Positions 56,201-64,000 of a DNA stretch of 64,000 nt are shown piece by piece; within the stretch, counting starts at the first letter, position 1, and each line of letters opens with the position of its first letter. The DNA lies in assembly GCA_041665445.1 (NCBI GenBank), contig JBAYIV010000001.1, positions 6,334-70,333 of the forward strand, written 5' to 3'. This stretch comes from Minisyncoccota bacterium. GTDB lineage: Bacteria > Patescibacteriota > Minisyncoccia > UBA6257 > JAGOQP01. Made by a program: the position numbers and the translations under genes. Below the pieces are notes generated by a model. That model ran no database searches. It was not told the DNA's origin and was given only the letters and a program-made list of their open reading frames with translations.

Positions 56201-56716
56201 TCAACGCGTCGCAAGTTGTGGCGGGCGTTGATGGGTGTAGCCAGCCGACAGTGCGATTGCGAGGGCGTCGTATGCATCGTCTGGCTGGTGAATGTCGTCG
56301 ATGCCAAGGGTTATGCGCACCATTTTTTCGATGGCTTTTTTGTCAGCCCCCCCATCTCCCGCGATCATCTGCTTTATCTCCTTTGGGGTGAATTCGTATA
56401 TGGGCAAGTGTTGTTGTGCACACGAAAGAAGAAGGACGCCCCGTGACTGAGCAACCTCGAGTCCCGTTTTCATATTGTTCACAAAAAAAAGCTTTTCAAT
56501 CCCTATAATGGCCGGCGTTGTTTGTTTGAGTAGTTTTTTAAACGAGACATCTAAATCAGCCAGAAGCATATTTTTGTCCCGTTGTTTTGTTGCGATGATG
56601 CCGGCGGTTATATAGTGGGGCGTTCTGCCGCTAAACACAACAACACCGTATCCAGCCCGAGTACTTCCCGGATCTATACCAAGCACGATTATGTCTTTTG
56701 ATGGAACGCTAGTCAT
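56201..56716 (-). CDS. ruvC: Crossover junction endodeoxyribonuclease RuvC
   Basis: …IIVLGIDPGSTRAGYGVV… gives the catalytic Asp in an RNase H-like fold. …DDAYDALAIALS…. Start trimmed to MTSVPSKD. Confidence 0.9.
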   Translation of the reverse strand: MTSVPSKDIIVLGIDPGSTRAGYGVVVFSGRTPHYITAGIIATKQRDKNMLLADLDVSFKKLLKQTTPAIIGIEKLFFVNNMKTGLEVAQSRGVLLLSCAQQHLPIYEFTPKEIKQMIAGDGGADKKAIEKMVRITLGIDDIHQPDDAYDALAIALSAGYTHQRPPQLATR

Positions 56717-57251
56717 TTTCTTGTTGTGGTTGCGCGGTTGTGTAAACGTCATCAACATCATCGTGGTCGTCAAGAGCCTCCACGAGATTGTTCATTGTTT
56801 CCGTGGTTTCTTGAGACGTTTCTTGTGGGAACTTTGCAACCCACCCATCGTCGCTTTTGTTAAATGCCCACAAAACACTTCCGGGATCAGCCCACTTCCC
56901 GTGGTGGTCGGCGATTATTTTTTTTATTTCAGCAACGGTTCGATTTCTGCTGTTTGTGGTTGCGGTGATAATTATCGCGATTCCATCAGGTCCATATCCC
57001 TCTAAAATAAGGCAATCCAAGTCTTTTGCCTCACTTGATTTTTTAATAGCGCGATCGATGTTGTCTTTGGGGACATTGTTTTCTTGGGCGCGCTCAATGG
57101 CGGCGCGCAAAGAGGCGTTCCTCGATGGATCAGGATCGTTTTGAGCCATAACCGATATTGCGCGTAAAAACTTTGAGAACATCTGACTTCTCTTTTTGTC
57201 GGTTATCTCCTTCTTCCGTTTGATCTGCGCCCATTTGTTGTGTCCTGACAT
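56709..57251 (-). CDS. yebC: YebC/PmpR-family probable transcriptional regulator (short form)
   Basis: MSGHNKWAQIKRKKEITDKKRSQMFSKFLRAI… is the typical YebC N-terminus. Canonical neighbour of ruvC. Confidence 0.85.
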   Translation of the reverse strand: MSGHNKWAQIKRKKEITDKKRSQMFSKFLRAISVMAQNDPDPSRNASLRAAIERAQENNVPKDNIDRAIKKSSEAKDLDCLILEGYGPDGIAIIITATTNSRNRTVAEIKKIIADHHGKWADPGSVLWAFNKSDDGWVAKFPQETSQETTETMNNLVEALDDHDDVDDVYTTAQPQQEND

Positions 57252-57343
57252 GTTTAAAAACAATAACAACGCATTTTAAAACCATAAGGGTACCATAAGA
57301 CGAGCATATATTAAAAAATTAAAAATACGTTTGTTTTTAAAAG

Positions 57344-57862
57344 CTAAAAAATATTCGTGTAATATCTTAATGATATACAATTATCTAATAACGTTATAGC
57401 CGCAAGATCGAGGCGGTATCCATTCGTTCCAATGAGTTTGTCATATTTATTTGCATACCATTCAGATATTTTTTTAAAATTGCCGATCTTTTTGGACGAC
57501 ATTTGGTCTTCTGGCGTAAAATCAATTTCGTTTGCAATCAATGATTGCCGGATGTATTTGTTTACGTTGCCGAACAGAAGTGGATAACTTTCTTCATATG
57601 GTTTCTCTTTGTCTTTCCTCTCATCCATGGTCTTAACCTCCAAAAAAATCAAGGTTTTATCTGATGATTTGGCGACAATGTCGAGCTCGCCGAATTTCGT
57701 AGAAAAATTTCTTTCTATTATTTTTAAACCGATATACTCAAGATATCCACAGCAGATATTCTCGCCAAATTGCCCAACTTTTTGCCGCTCTGTTTTGTGG
57801 CTGCCATCCATGATTTTTATGGGATATATTAAATTATACCCCATAAATTTATTTTGTTCCAA
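57344..57862 (-). CDS. YraN/UPF0102-family (PD-(D/E)xK) endonuclease-like protein with an insertion, 172 aa; low-GC gene
   Basis: …GENICCGYLEYIGLKIIERNFSTKFGELDIVAKSSDKTLIFLEVKT…RLDLAAITL… matches the YraN pattern (GE..A..yL…G…I..RN…GEIDlIa…FVEVKtR…RfDviav). Confidence 0.55.
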   Translation of the reverse strand: MEQNKFMGYNLIYPIKIMDGSHKTERQKVGQFGENICCGYLEYIGLKIIERNFSTKFGELDIVAKSSDKTLIFLEVKTMDERKDKEKPYEESYPLLFGNVNKYIRQSLIANEIDFTPEDQMSSKKIGNFKKISEWYANKYDKLIGTNGYRLDLAAITLLDNCISLRYYTNIF

Positions 57863-57910
57863 TGAATTTTTTGTTTGCCGGATTAAATTGTTTTGCTAAC
57901 TGGTCGGCTT

Positions 57911-57999
57911 TTTAATAAAAATGTTTCACGTGAAACATTTTTATTAAAATCAGTTAGAAAATTGATGATTTTAAATGTTTCACGTGAAACATTTAAAAT
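57911..57999. promoter_or_regulatory. Two perfect palindromic operator-like sites sharing the 20-bp core AATGTTTCACGTGAAACATT (38-bp palindrome at about 57911-57948; 30-bp palindrome at about 57970-57999), about 55 bp centre-to-centre; two further direct TGTTTCAC half-sites at about 58057-58077
   Basis: TTTAATAAAAATGTTTCAC|GTGAAACATTTTTATTAAA and TTTTAAATGTTTCAC|GTGAAACATTTAAAA lie in the AT-rich divergent intergenic region between the yraN-like gene and gene 58390. Confidence 0.55.
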
Positions 58000-58389
58000 T
58001 GGATTTTTGTAAAAGAGTAGATTTTAAGCCATAATTGAGCTTACTGTGTTTTAAAATGTTTCACACTTTTGTTTCACGCTGTTAAAACACTAGGTTTAAT
58101 GAGCCAATTCAACAACGGCTCAAATCCTATGTATTTCAGAAACATTCTTTTGGTTTTTTAATGATGAGTATTTATGGGCTGGTTGACTTGAGCGATAAAT
58201 ACTATCTTTTTCTTTTGAATAACAAAAAGATGTCCACGTGGTTTGTCGCGGCGATTGCCGGACTTATTATTTTTGTTTTCTGATTTTTTAGTCGCCGTGT
58301 GCGCTTATTCTTTTAGTTGTCTTGGTGTTATACTAAAAAAAGTACGCTGTCTTTGTTGTGTCGCGTCTATCGGCGCAGAGGAGGACTAG

Positions 58390-58641
58390 ATGAATATTGC
58401 GGAATGTGTTGGTGATGTGATTGTTTTCCAGTGTGGCAACAAAACAAGAAACAACATCGACCCCCCGCTTGACCCAGGTCGATTTTATCGCGCGACCATC
58501 CATGGGGTGGTTGAGAAAAAGGGAGACCTGCTTCTCGCTCTTTGGTTTGTCAGTTATCATCATGGCGGAGCAGATCTCTGTCCCCATGACCGCTTAACTC
58601 TTTACTTGTCGGATCTGATTTTTTGGAGGGTTTGGCCTTAG
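58390..58641 (+). CDS. Hypothetical small protein, 83 aa
   Basis: Good SD (GAGGAGG, 6-nt spacer) before the ATG. No family recognised. Confidence 0.45.
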   Translation: MNIAECVGDVIVFQCGNKTRNNIDPPLDPGRFYRATIHGVVEKKGDLLLALWFVSYHHGGADLCPHDRLTLYLSDLIFWRVWP

Positions 58642-58724
58642 CGGCAAGGGAGGGCTGGTTGTGAAAAAAATTGGTTGGTGCGAGTATGGCGGGTGCTACA
58701 ATCTAAAGACGTGGCGCCCTTTTT

Positions 58725-59906
58725 TTGTCTGGTGGTATACTGTGGAATATGATTTCTCGTGGCGTTGCGACATTTACATTAGATGAGGGGAGGTGTCCGC
58801 CGTGGTTGTTCGCACGGATGGTTGTGTTGGCGCGGGCGATGATTGATGTAATTGTCGATGATGTCGGGTCCGATGAATTTGTGTGGCGACTTTCTGATCC
58901 TGTTTGGTTTCAATCATTGGGGACGGTGCTGGCATTTGATTGGAATGCGTCTGGGCTCACCACCATTCTCACGGCGGCACTCAAGGAGGCGATTCGGGGG
59001 AAGGAGCGCGAGTTGGGGATTTTTGTGTGTGGCGGAAAAGGGAAGACTTCGCGCAAAACACCCGATGAAATTATGATGTGGTCGGAGCGCGCGAGCGTGG
59101 CACCGGATGATGCGCGCTGGCTGGTGTACAGTTCGCGGATGGCGGCAAAGGTGGATAGTGCGTTGGTCCAGGATGGTTATCAAATTTATCATCACGCATT
59201 TGTTTTTTCAAAAAATGGTTCGTGGTCGGTTGTTCAGCAGGGGATGGACGTTAAATCGGGGACGGCGCGACGCTACCATTGGCATGGGTCGTCGGTGAAA
59301 GATTTTATTGTTGAGCCGCACGCGGGGATTGTCGCACAAAAAACGAAGCAGCAGACGCTTAATTTGACGGCTCGCGAGGGAGATGTAAATCGGGCAACGA
59401 GCGTTGATTTGGCGGGGAGTAATTTCGCCTCACTGGTGCGTGACTTGCGGTTGGTTGACAGACATTCGTCGTCATTGTCTAATATGGTTCGAGCAAAAAG
59501 CGTTGATGGGGAAAGACAGTTGACGCTTCTTGCCCTTTCGCACAATGAATTTGCCCATCACTCCGTTGAAAGGGAGTCGTTTTCCCGGAGCAAATATCTT
59601 CAAAAAATATTATATCTTCTGGGAGAGCGGAAGCCAAAAACATATGAACAACTTGTGGCAACGCCGGGGGTTGGTCCCAAGACCGTGCGGGCGCTGGCGT
59701 TGGTGGCTGAGGTGTTGTATGGCGCACCCGCGTCGTTCCGGGATCCAGCGCGATACAGCTTTGCACATGGAGGAAAAGATGCGACGCCATATCCGGTTGA
59801 TCGGGCTACCTACGACAGCACCATAGCGGCGTTTAAAAAATATGTTCGTTGTGCTGAGCTAAAAACAACTCAGCGCCAGGACGTTTTGCGGCGCATAGAA
59901 AAATAA
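58725..59906 (+). CDS. Conserved hypothetical protein with a C-terminal helix-hairpin-helix (possibly DUF763-like), 393 aa
   Basis: HhH motif …LVATPGVGPKTVRALALVAEVLYGAP…. The DUF763 assignment is from memory only; the rest is unassigned. Confidence 0.45.
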   Translation: MSGGILWNMISRGVATFTLDEGRCPPWLFARMVVLARAMIDVIVDDVGSDEFVWRLSDPVWFQSLGTVLAFDWNASGLTTILTAALKEAIRGKERELGIFVCGGKGKTSRKTPDEIMMWSERASVAPDDARWLVYSSRMAAKVDSALVQDGYQIYHHAFVFSKNGSWSVVQQGMDVKSGTARRYHWHGSSVKDFIVEPHAGIVAQKTKQQTLNLTAREGDVNRATSVDLAGSNFASLVRDLRLVDRHSSSLSNMVRAKSVDGERQLTLLALSHNEFAHHSVERESFSRSKYLQKILYLLGERKPKTYEQLVATPGVGPKTVRALALVAEVLYGAPASFRDPARYSFAHGGKDATPYPVDRATYDSTIAAFKKYVRCAELKTTQRQDVLRRIEK

Positions 59907-59926
59907 ACCCGCGCAAAGCGCGGGTG
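59901..59926. terminator. Hairpin terminator between convergent genes (ACCCGCGC-aaa-GCGCGGGT; T-run on the minus side)
   Basis: 8-bp GC stem. The minus strand reads …GCGCGGGTTTATTTTTC. Confidence 0.5.
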
Positions 59927-59942
59927 GTACTGGGTGTTCGGG

Positions 59943-60131
59943 TTAAGGCAGGCGGGGTACTCGAATAATGAAAGTTGTGTGCGCTGGAGGCAGTGGATGG
60001 TGCCGGTGGTACTGTTCTCTTAGGTCGTCGGCGGTTTCCTGATCGACGTCGTAGGTGTCGATGTACTGCTGGTGCGTCTTCCCGCCATCCCTCCAAATTT
60101 GGTACCTGAGTTGCTCCTCTTTGTTTGGCAT
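59943..60131 (-). CDS. Small hypothetical protein (about 62 aa) transcribed downstream of tRNA-Val
   Basis: AAAGGGGG SD immediately before the tandem Met codons (MAMPNKEEQ…); the second ATG was chosen. Followed by the 59901..59926 hairpin. Confidence 0.4.
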   Translation of the reverse strand: MPNKEEQLRYQIWRDGGKTHQQYIDTYDVDQETADDLREQYHRHHPLPPAHTTFIIRVPRLP

Positions 60132-60156
60132 GGCCATCCCCCTTTCTTGAGTGCTG

Positions 60157-60230
60157 TGGGCGGCATAGGATTCGAACCTATGACCTCCTCGGTGTAAACG
60201 AGGCGCTCTAACCAGCTGAGCTAGCCGCCC
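60157..60230 (-). tRNA. tRNA-Val (anticodon TAC)
   Basis: Minus-strand reading GGGCGGCTAGCTCAGCTGGTTAGAGCGCCTCGTTTACACCGAGGAGGTCATAGGTTCGAATCCTATGCCGCCCA gives a cloverleaf with a 7-bp acceptor stem, GGTTCGAATCC T-arm and TTTACAC anticodon loop. Coordinates ±1 nt; the 5' nt abuts or overlaps the DedA stop codon. Confidence 0.85.
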
Positions 60231-60850
60231 TAGCCGTTCTCTTTGTCGTCTCCATTCCTGGGCTCAATTAAGTAATGAGCGATGACGTGCTTTATGTATA
60301 GCTCAAAAAGTGCCACCACCACAAGGGCGGCAAGCATAAGTCCACCCAAGCGTTCAATGCGTCCCCGAAAGAGCTGGGCGCGATCCGCAAAGATATATCC
60401 AAGCGATATCAAGGAAATAACCCAGAGGATTGATGCGGGGGCGGAGTAGCGGAGCATTTTTTTCAGATGAATGTTGAGGTATCCCGCTGCGGCAAGCGTT
60501 ACGCGATTAAGGCCATAGGCAAATTTTGAAAAGAAAATAAAAAGACCAGCAGACGGGCGCATTCGTTTGAGCGCGCCTTCAATGCGAGAGATGTCGATAA
60601 AAAAAATCTTCTTACTGTTCCTTTTTAACAGATGCTGTCCGAGCCACCAAAAAAGAATATCGTATCCGATGGCGGCACCGATTCCGACGACAATGATTGT
60701 TGGTAGGTTGACCACTCCAATCCGACTCAGCGCGCCAAAGAGAGGGAGGGATATTTCGCCCCCCTCCAATAGCATTGCCACGCAAAGGATGACGTAGACG
60801 AGCGGTTGGTGGTGATGAGCGGCAATAAGGATGATCTGAGTGGCGTGCAT
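60230..60850 (-). CDS. DedA/VTT-family membrane protein, 206 aa
   Basis: …VILCVAMLLEGGEISLPLFGAL… with a 4-TM DedA-like pattern. Sandwiched between the two tRNA genes. Confidence 0.75.
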   Translation of the reverse strand: MHATQIILIAAHHHQPLVYVILCVAMLLEGGEISLPLFGALSRIGVVNLPTIIVVGIGAAIGYDILFWWLGQHLLKRNSKKIFFIDISRIEGALKRMRPSAGLFIFFSKFAYGLNRVTLAAAGYLNIHLKKMLRYSAPASILWVISLISLGYIFADRAQLFRGRIERLGGLMLAALVVVALFELYIKHVIAHYLIEPRNGDDKENG

Positions 60851-60862
60851 ATATTATAGGGG

Positions 60863-60935
60863 TGCGCCCACTTGGACTCGAACCAAGGACCGACCGTGTA
60901 TAAGACGGTTGCTCTACCAGCTGAGCTATGGGCGC
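60863..60935 (-). tRNA. tRNA-Ile (anticodon TAT, i.e. UAU, reading AUA)
   Basis: Minus-strand reading GCGCCCATAGCTCAGCTGGTAGAGCAACCGTCTTATACACGGTCGGTCCTTGGTTCGAGTCCAAGTGGGCGCA has a 5-bp anticodon stem ACCGT/ACGGT and CTTATAC loop, giving anticodon TAT. Confidence 0.75.
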
Positions 60936-61082
60936 AAAAGCGCGTACCAATATTAAAAAATAAAAGGCACTCGTGCCTACAAAAAGCATAGCGCACTTAA
61001 CGCATCTTTTCAATTCAAAAACCGCCGCAGAAGGGCAGTTTTTGAGGGGGAACGCGATGGCCAGTGTTTGGCGCTGTGCTCG

Positions 61083-62930
61083 CTATGCCTCAATGGGTTT
61101 GATGGCGAATTTTTTAATCATGGCGTCAAATTCGTCCTTTTCAATTATTTCTTTTTTAAGGAGCGTGTCGGCGATGTAATCGAGCGCTTTCCTGTTTTTT
61201 TGAATAACCTTCTTGGCAGTTTCGTAGGCGCGGCGGATGAAGTGTTCAACTTCGTGGTCGATTTCAACAGCGGTTGATTCTGAATAATTTTTTTCCGTGG
61301 AAATTTCTTTTCCAAGGAATATCAACTCCTGTGTTTTCCCAAAAGTGATGGGGCCTAATTTTTCGCTCATGCCGTAGCGCACCACCATTTTACGCGCGAT
61401 ATCGGAGGCAACCGCTAGATCGTTTGATGCGCCAGTGGTGAGGTCCTTAAAAACTATTTCCTCGGTGGCGTAGCCGCCGAAAGCGACCGCCAAATCGGCA
61501 ATAAATTCTTTGCGGGTACGCAGGTGCGTGTCTTCGATGGGGAGCTTGAGGGTGTAGCCGCCAGCTTGTCCGCGCGCGATGATTGAAATTTTATGCACGG
61601 GATCGGCGTGTTTGACTGAGGCAATTACCAGCGCGTGTCCCGCCTCATGGTAGGCAGTAACTTCTCGTTCGTGCTTTGAGAGAACGCGCGATCGGCGCTC
61701 GGGACCGAGCATAACTTTTTCGATAGATTGATAGAGGTCATTCTGCAAGATTTCTTTCTGTCCGTTGCGCGCGGCAAGAATGGCCGCTTCATTAACGAGG
61801 TTTTCGAGTTCGGCGCCAGAAAATCCTGGCGTACGTATTGCAATTTGTCGGAAATCAACGGCGGGAGCCAGTGGCTTGTTGCGGCTGTGAATTTTGAGGA
61901 TGGCCTGGCGGTCATTAATGTCGGGCAGGTCCAAGACGACGCGACGATCAAATCGACCGGGGCGTAGAAGTGCTGGATCCAAAATGTCGGGGCGGTTGGT
62001 CGCGGCCAATACAATAACCTGTGCTTCTTTGTCAAAACCGTCCATTTCAACCAGGATTTGGTTGAGGGTTTGCTCACGCTCGTCGTGTCCACCGCCGACG
62101 CCTGCGCCACGTTCACGCCCGATGGCATCAATTTCATCTATAAAGAGAATAGCAGGAGCGGCTCGTTTTGCGGTGGCAAAGGCATCGCGTGTGCGCGAAG
62201 CACCGACGCCCACAAACATTTCAACGAATTCCGATGCGGAAATATGAAAGAAGGGAACTTCCGCTTCGCCGGCAACTGCCCGAGCCAAGAGGGTTTTTCC
62301 GGTTCCGGGCATTCCTAAAAGTAAAACGCCGCGGGGAATTTTTGCTCCCAGGTCAAGATATTTTTTGGGATTGCGCAAAAAATCAACTACCTCCAAAAGC
62401 TCCTGTTTTGCCTCTTTGAGGCCGGCCACATCGGCAAAGGTAACCCGATCCTTGAATGCGCCAAAGAGTTTAATGTTTGATTTGCCGAACGAGAACGCTT
62501 GCGTGGCGCCTTGTTTGGATTGTCGAAAAATAAACCAGAAGAAAATGCCGATTGCAATAAGCGGAAGAAGCGTGGGGATGAGAATGCCCATCCAAAACTT
62601 AAGACCTGACTGCTCTTTTATTTGAAACGGAACCTTGGCTAATGCTTCGGGGGTAACGCCGTAGTTTTTGAGCGTTTCAATTAAGCCGGTCTCGGGTTCT
62701 TTGGTGGCCGTTGCCGTTGAGCCGTCCTTGAGGGTTGCGGTGATGACGTTGTCTTGGACAATGATATTAGTGACATTGCCCGTTCCAATTTGTGTGGCGA
62801 GCTCGTTAAGCGTCATTTCCTTGTTTTGCGGCTCAAGCGAGTAGAGCGAAGAAAAAAGGAGGATGAGTCCGACAAAAACAAGCGCGACCGCAAAAACATT
62901 TTTTAGAATTTTTTTCGTATTTTTATTCAT
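61083..62930 (-). CDS. ftsH: ATP-dependent zinc metalloprotease FtsH
   Basis: Two TM segments. AAA+ …[21 protein letters not shown]…. SRH. HEAGH zinc motif (…[11 protein letters not shown]…). Confidence 0.95.
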   Translation of the reverse strand: MNKNTKKILKNVFAVALVFVGLILLFSSLYSLEPQNKEMTLNELATQIGTGNVTNIIVQDNVITATLKDGSTATATKEPETGLIETLKNYGVTPEALAKVPFQIKEQSGLKFWMGILIPTLLPLIAIGIFFWFIFRQSKQGATQAFSFGKSNIKLFGAFKDRVTFADVAGLKEAKQELLEVVDFLRNPKKYLDLGAKIPRGVLLLGMPGTGKTLLARAVAGEAEVPFFHISASEFVEMFVGVGASRTRDAFATAKRAAPAILFIDEIDAIGRERGAGVGGGHDEREQTLNQILVEMDGFDKEAQVIVLAATNRPDILDPALLRPGRFDRRVVLDLPDINDRQAILKIHSRNKPLAPAVDFRQIAIRTPGFSGAELENLVNEAAILAARNGQKEILQNDLYQSIEKVMLGPERRSRVLSKHEREVTAYHEAGHALVIASVKHADPVHKISIIARGQAGGYTLKLPIEDTHLRTRKEFIADLAVAFGGYATEEIVFKDLTTGASNDLAVASDIARKMVVRYGMSEKLGPITFGKTQELIFLGKEISTEKNYSESTAVEIDHEVEHFIRRAYETAKKVIQKNRKALDYIADTLLKKEIIEKDEFDAMIKKFAIKPIEA

Positions 62931-63017
62931 AGTGCAGAGAAAGTATACTGCATTACTTTAAAAAGGCAAAAAAAGGGACCCGTGTGGGCCCCATAGTGCC
63001 GTCGCCTTGTTTTTACC

Positions 63018-63326
63018 TTACGCGTCGACCAAGAGAGCAATCAAATCGTGGCTCTTGGTAACCGCGAAGGTGGCGGGGAGTTTTTGTTCCGCAGTCCTGC
63101 CTGTGTAAATACAAAGACAATCGCCAGTGTCCATGTTTTCAATAAGGGCCAGACCGATGGTTTCCAGTACTTGCGCTTGAGCTAGGGTGCGCCAAGTGCT
63201 GCCCGGTCGCAGCTTCCCCTTTCCCGCGGGACGGCCGATGAACTTCAGGGCTCCATGTAGAAAGCCGGATGCATATCCGATGGTGAACAATAAAAGTGTC
63301 ATGGAAATGAGAATGGGAATAGGCAT
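63018..63326 (-). CDS. Hypothetical protein, 102 aa
   Basis: Open frame co-oriented between ftsH and rpsA. N-terminal hydrophobic segment. No family recognised. Confidence 0.35.
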   Translation of the reverse strand: MPIPILISMTLLLFTIGYASGFLHGALKFIGRPAGKGKLRPGSTWRTLAQAQVLETIGLALIENMDTGDCLCIYTGRTAEQKLPATFAVTKSHDLIALLVDA

Positions 63327-63447
63327 GGTCTCCTCCTGCGCGTATGCGCGAAAAGCATTGAAACGTTCTATATTTAGAATGACTTAAAAATTGCATTATG
63401 TCAAGTAATTGCAATGGCGTAAACGCTGGTGTGCAAAATTTAATAAA

Positions 63448-63480
63448 ACAAAAACCCGCCCAAAGAGAGGCGGGTTTTTG
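63448..63480. terminator. Bidirectional rho-independent terminator downstream of rpsA
   Basis: AAAAACCCGCC-caaagaga-GGCGGGTTTTTG. Confidence 0.6.
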
Positions 63481-63497
63481 GGTGTCGCACCAAGTGT

Positions 63498-64000
63498 TTA
63501 TTTCTTTAACTTGAGAATAATGCGCTTTTCTGCTGGTTTGAAGAGAGAGATGGTAAAGGAATATTCCTTGCCGAGTTCCAGTTCTTCTTTCATTTTCTCT
63601 TGGCTTTCAAATTCGGAGATATGAATCAAGCCCTGTAAGTCGTGGCCGAGCGCTACCAAGGCGCCGAAGGGATTGTATTTTGCTGCGGTGCCGGTGATTT
63701 CTTGATCTTGGGCAAAATATTTATCCGCGTCATCCCACGGGTTCGGCTTAAGTGCCTTGAATGAAAGTGAGATGCGCCCCTCTTTAATCTCAATAATTTT
63801 TGCCTTCATGCTGTCGCCGACTTTTACCACCTCTTTGGGAGCATCGATGAGTTTATGGTCAATCTCCGAAATGTGGACTAGGCCCTCAATAGTGGGATCG
63901 TCTAAGAGTTTCACAAAAACACCAAAGTCAGCGACACCCGAAACAACCACATCAACCGTATCGCCAATCCCGTATTTTTCAAGAGATTTTCGTACACCTT
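63498..64000 (-). CDS. rpsA: 30S ribosomal protein S1-like (tandem S1 RNA-binding domains), 3' portion; the gene continues beyond the window
   Basis: …GLVHISEIDHKLIDAPKEVVKVGDSMKAKIIEIKEGRISLSFK… and …GLIHISEFESQEKMKEELELGKEYSF… are S1 domains. The ORF is open to the window edge. Confidence 0.7.
   Translation of the reverse strand, partial: GVRKSLEKYGIGDTVDVVVSGVADFGVFVKLLDDPTIEGLVHISEIDHKLIDAPKEVVKVGDSMKAKIIEIKEGRISLSFKALKPNPWDDADKYFAQDQEITGTAAKYNPFGALVALGHDLQGLIHISEFESQEKMKEELELGKEYSFTISLFKPAEKRIILKLKK

Noticed and set aside
58160-58282. 40-aa ORF (MMSIYGLVDLSDKYYLFLLNNKKMSTWFVAAIAGLIIFVF) in the AT-rich operator region
   Set aside because: It has a hydrophobic C-terminus, so it could be a small membrane peptide, but there is no SD, the region is AT-rich so chance ORFs are likely, and there is no other support. 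Not reported as a feature.
60612-61013. 133-aa and 89-aa minus-strand ORFs overlapping tRNA-Ile and the DedA start region
   Set aside because: They run straight through a well-formed tRNA cloverleaf; spurious.
1-64000. CRISPR arrays, rRNA genes, IS transposases, integrase-flanked prophage
   Set aside because: I scanned for regularly spaced direct repeats, rRNA-like conserved blocks and DDE/HTH transposase-like ORFs and found none. The only recombinase is a chromosomal Xer-type enzyme.

Overview
This is a gene-dense, roughly 50% GC chromosomal segment with most genes on the minus strand, and it contains the replication-origin neighbourhood. That neighbourhood is the rpmH-rnpA-yidC-jag operon divergent from dnaA-dnaN. 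A perfect DnaA box lies upstream of dnaA, and tandem DnaA-box-like repeats plus an AT-rich unwinding element lie between dnaA and dnaN. Housekeeping genes include pnp, rpsO, rpsT, ruvA, ruvC, yebC, ftsK, ftsH, polA, uvrD/pcrA, comM, ksgA, a class A PBP, holA-like, a Xer recombinase, a DksA-like protein and the 3' end of rpsA.

Notable accessory content:
- Two giant secreted T/G/S-rich surface proteins, one with a peptidoglycan-binding domain and a (GT)8 hexanucleotide repeat.
- A roughly 16-kb minus-strand operon (about 23.9-40.5 kb) encoding a type IV secretion/competence-like membrane apparatus: a VirB3-like protein, a VirB4 ATPase split by an in-frame TAA, a VirB6-like polytopic protein, a PKD plus lytic-transglycosylase fusion, PG-binding proteins and many membrane-anchored unknowns. 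It ends with an orphan histidine kinase.
- A 52-bp perfect palindrome holding two inverted DnaA boxes, between a divergent HTH regulator and a PaaX-like regulator.
- Tandem DUF2384-like (antitoxin toxin-binding-domain-like) mini-genes, each with its own SD and a near-identical terminator cassette.
- Tandem, recently duplicated LOG/SLOG-family paralogs upstream of ftsK.
- A NYN/LabA-like nuclease inserted in the rpsO-pnp operon.
- A low-GC islet (about 57.3-60.15 kb) next to tRNA-Val and an unusual tRNA-Ile(UAU). It carries a YraN-like nuclease, paired 20-bp perfect palindromic operators, small unknown proteins and a DUF763-like HhH protein.

No CRISPR array, rRNA or obvious transposase was seen. 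The overall style (short versions of housekeeping enzymes, many membrane-anchored unknowns, T4SS-like locus, tRNA-Ile UAU) suggests a small-genome Patescibacteria/CPR-like or Gram-positive-like organism; this is inference only.

Coordinates that I derived myself, rather than took from the ORF track, may be off by 1-2 nt.
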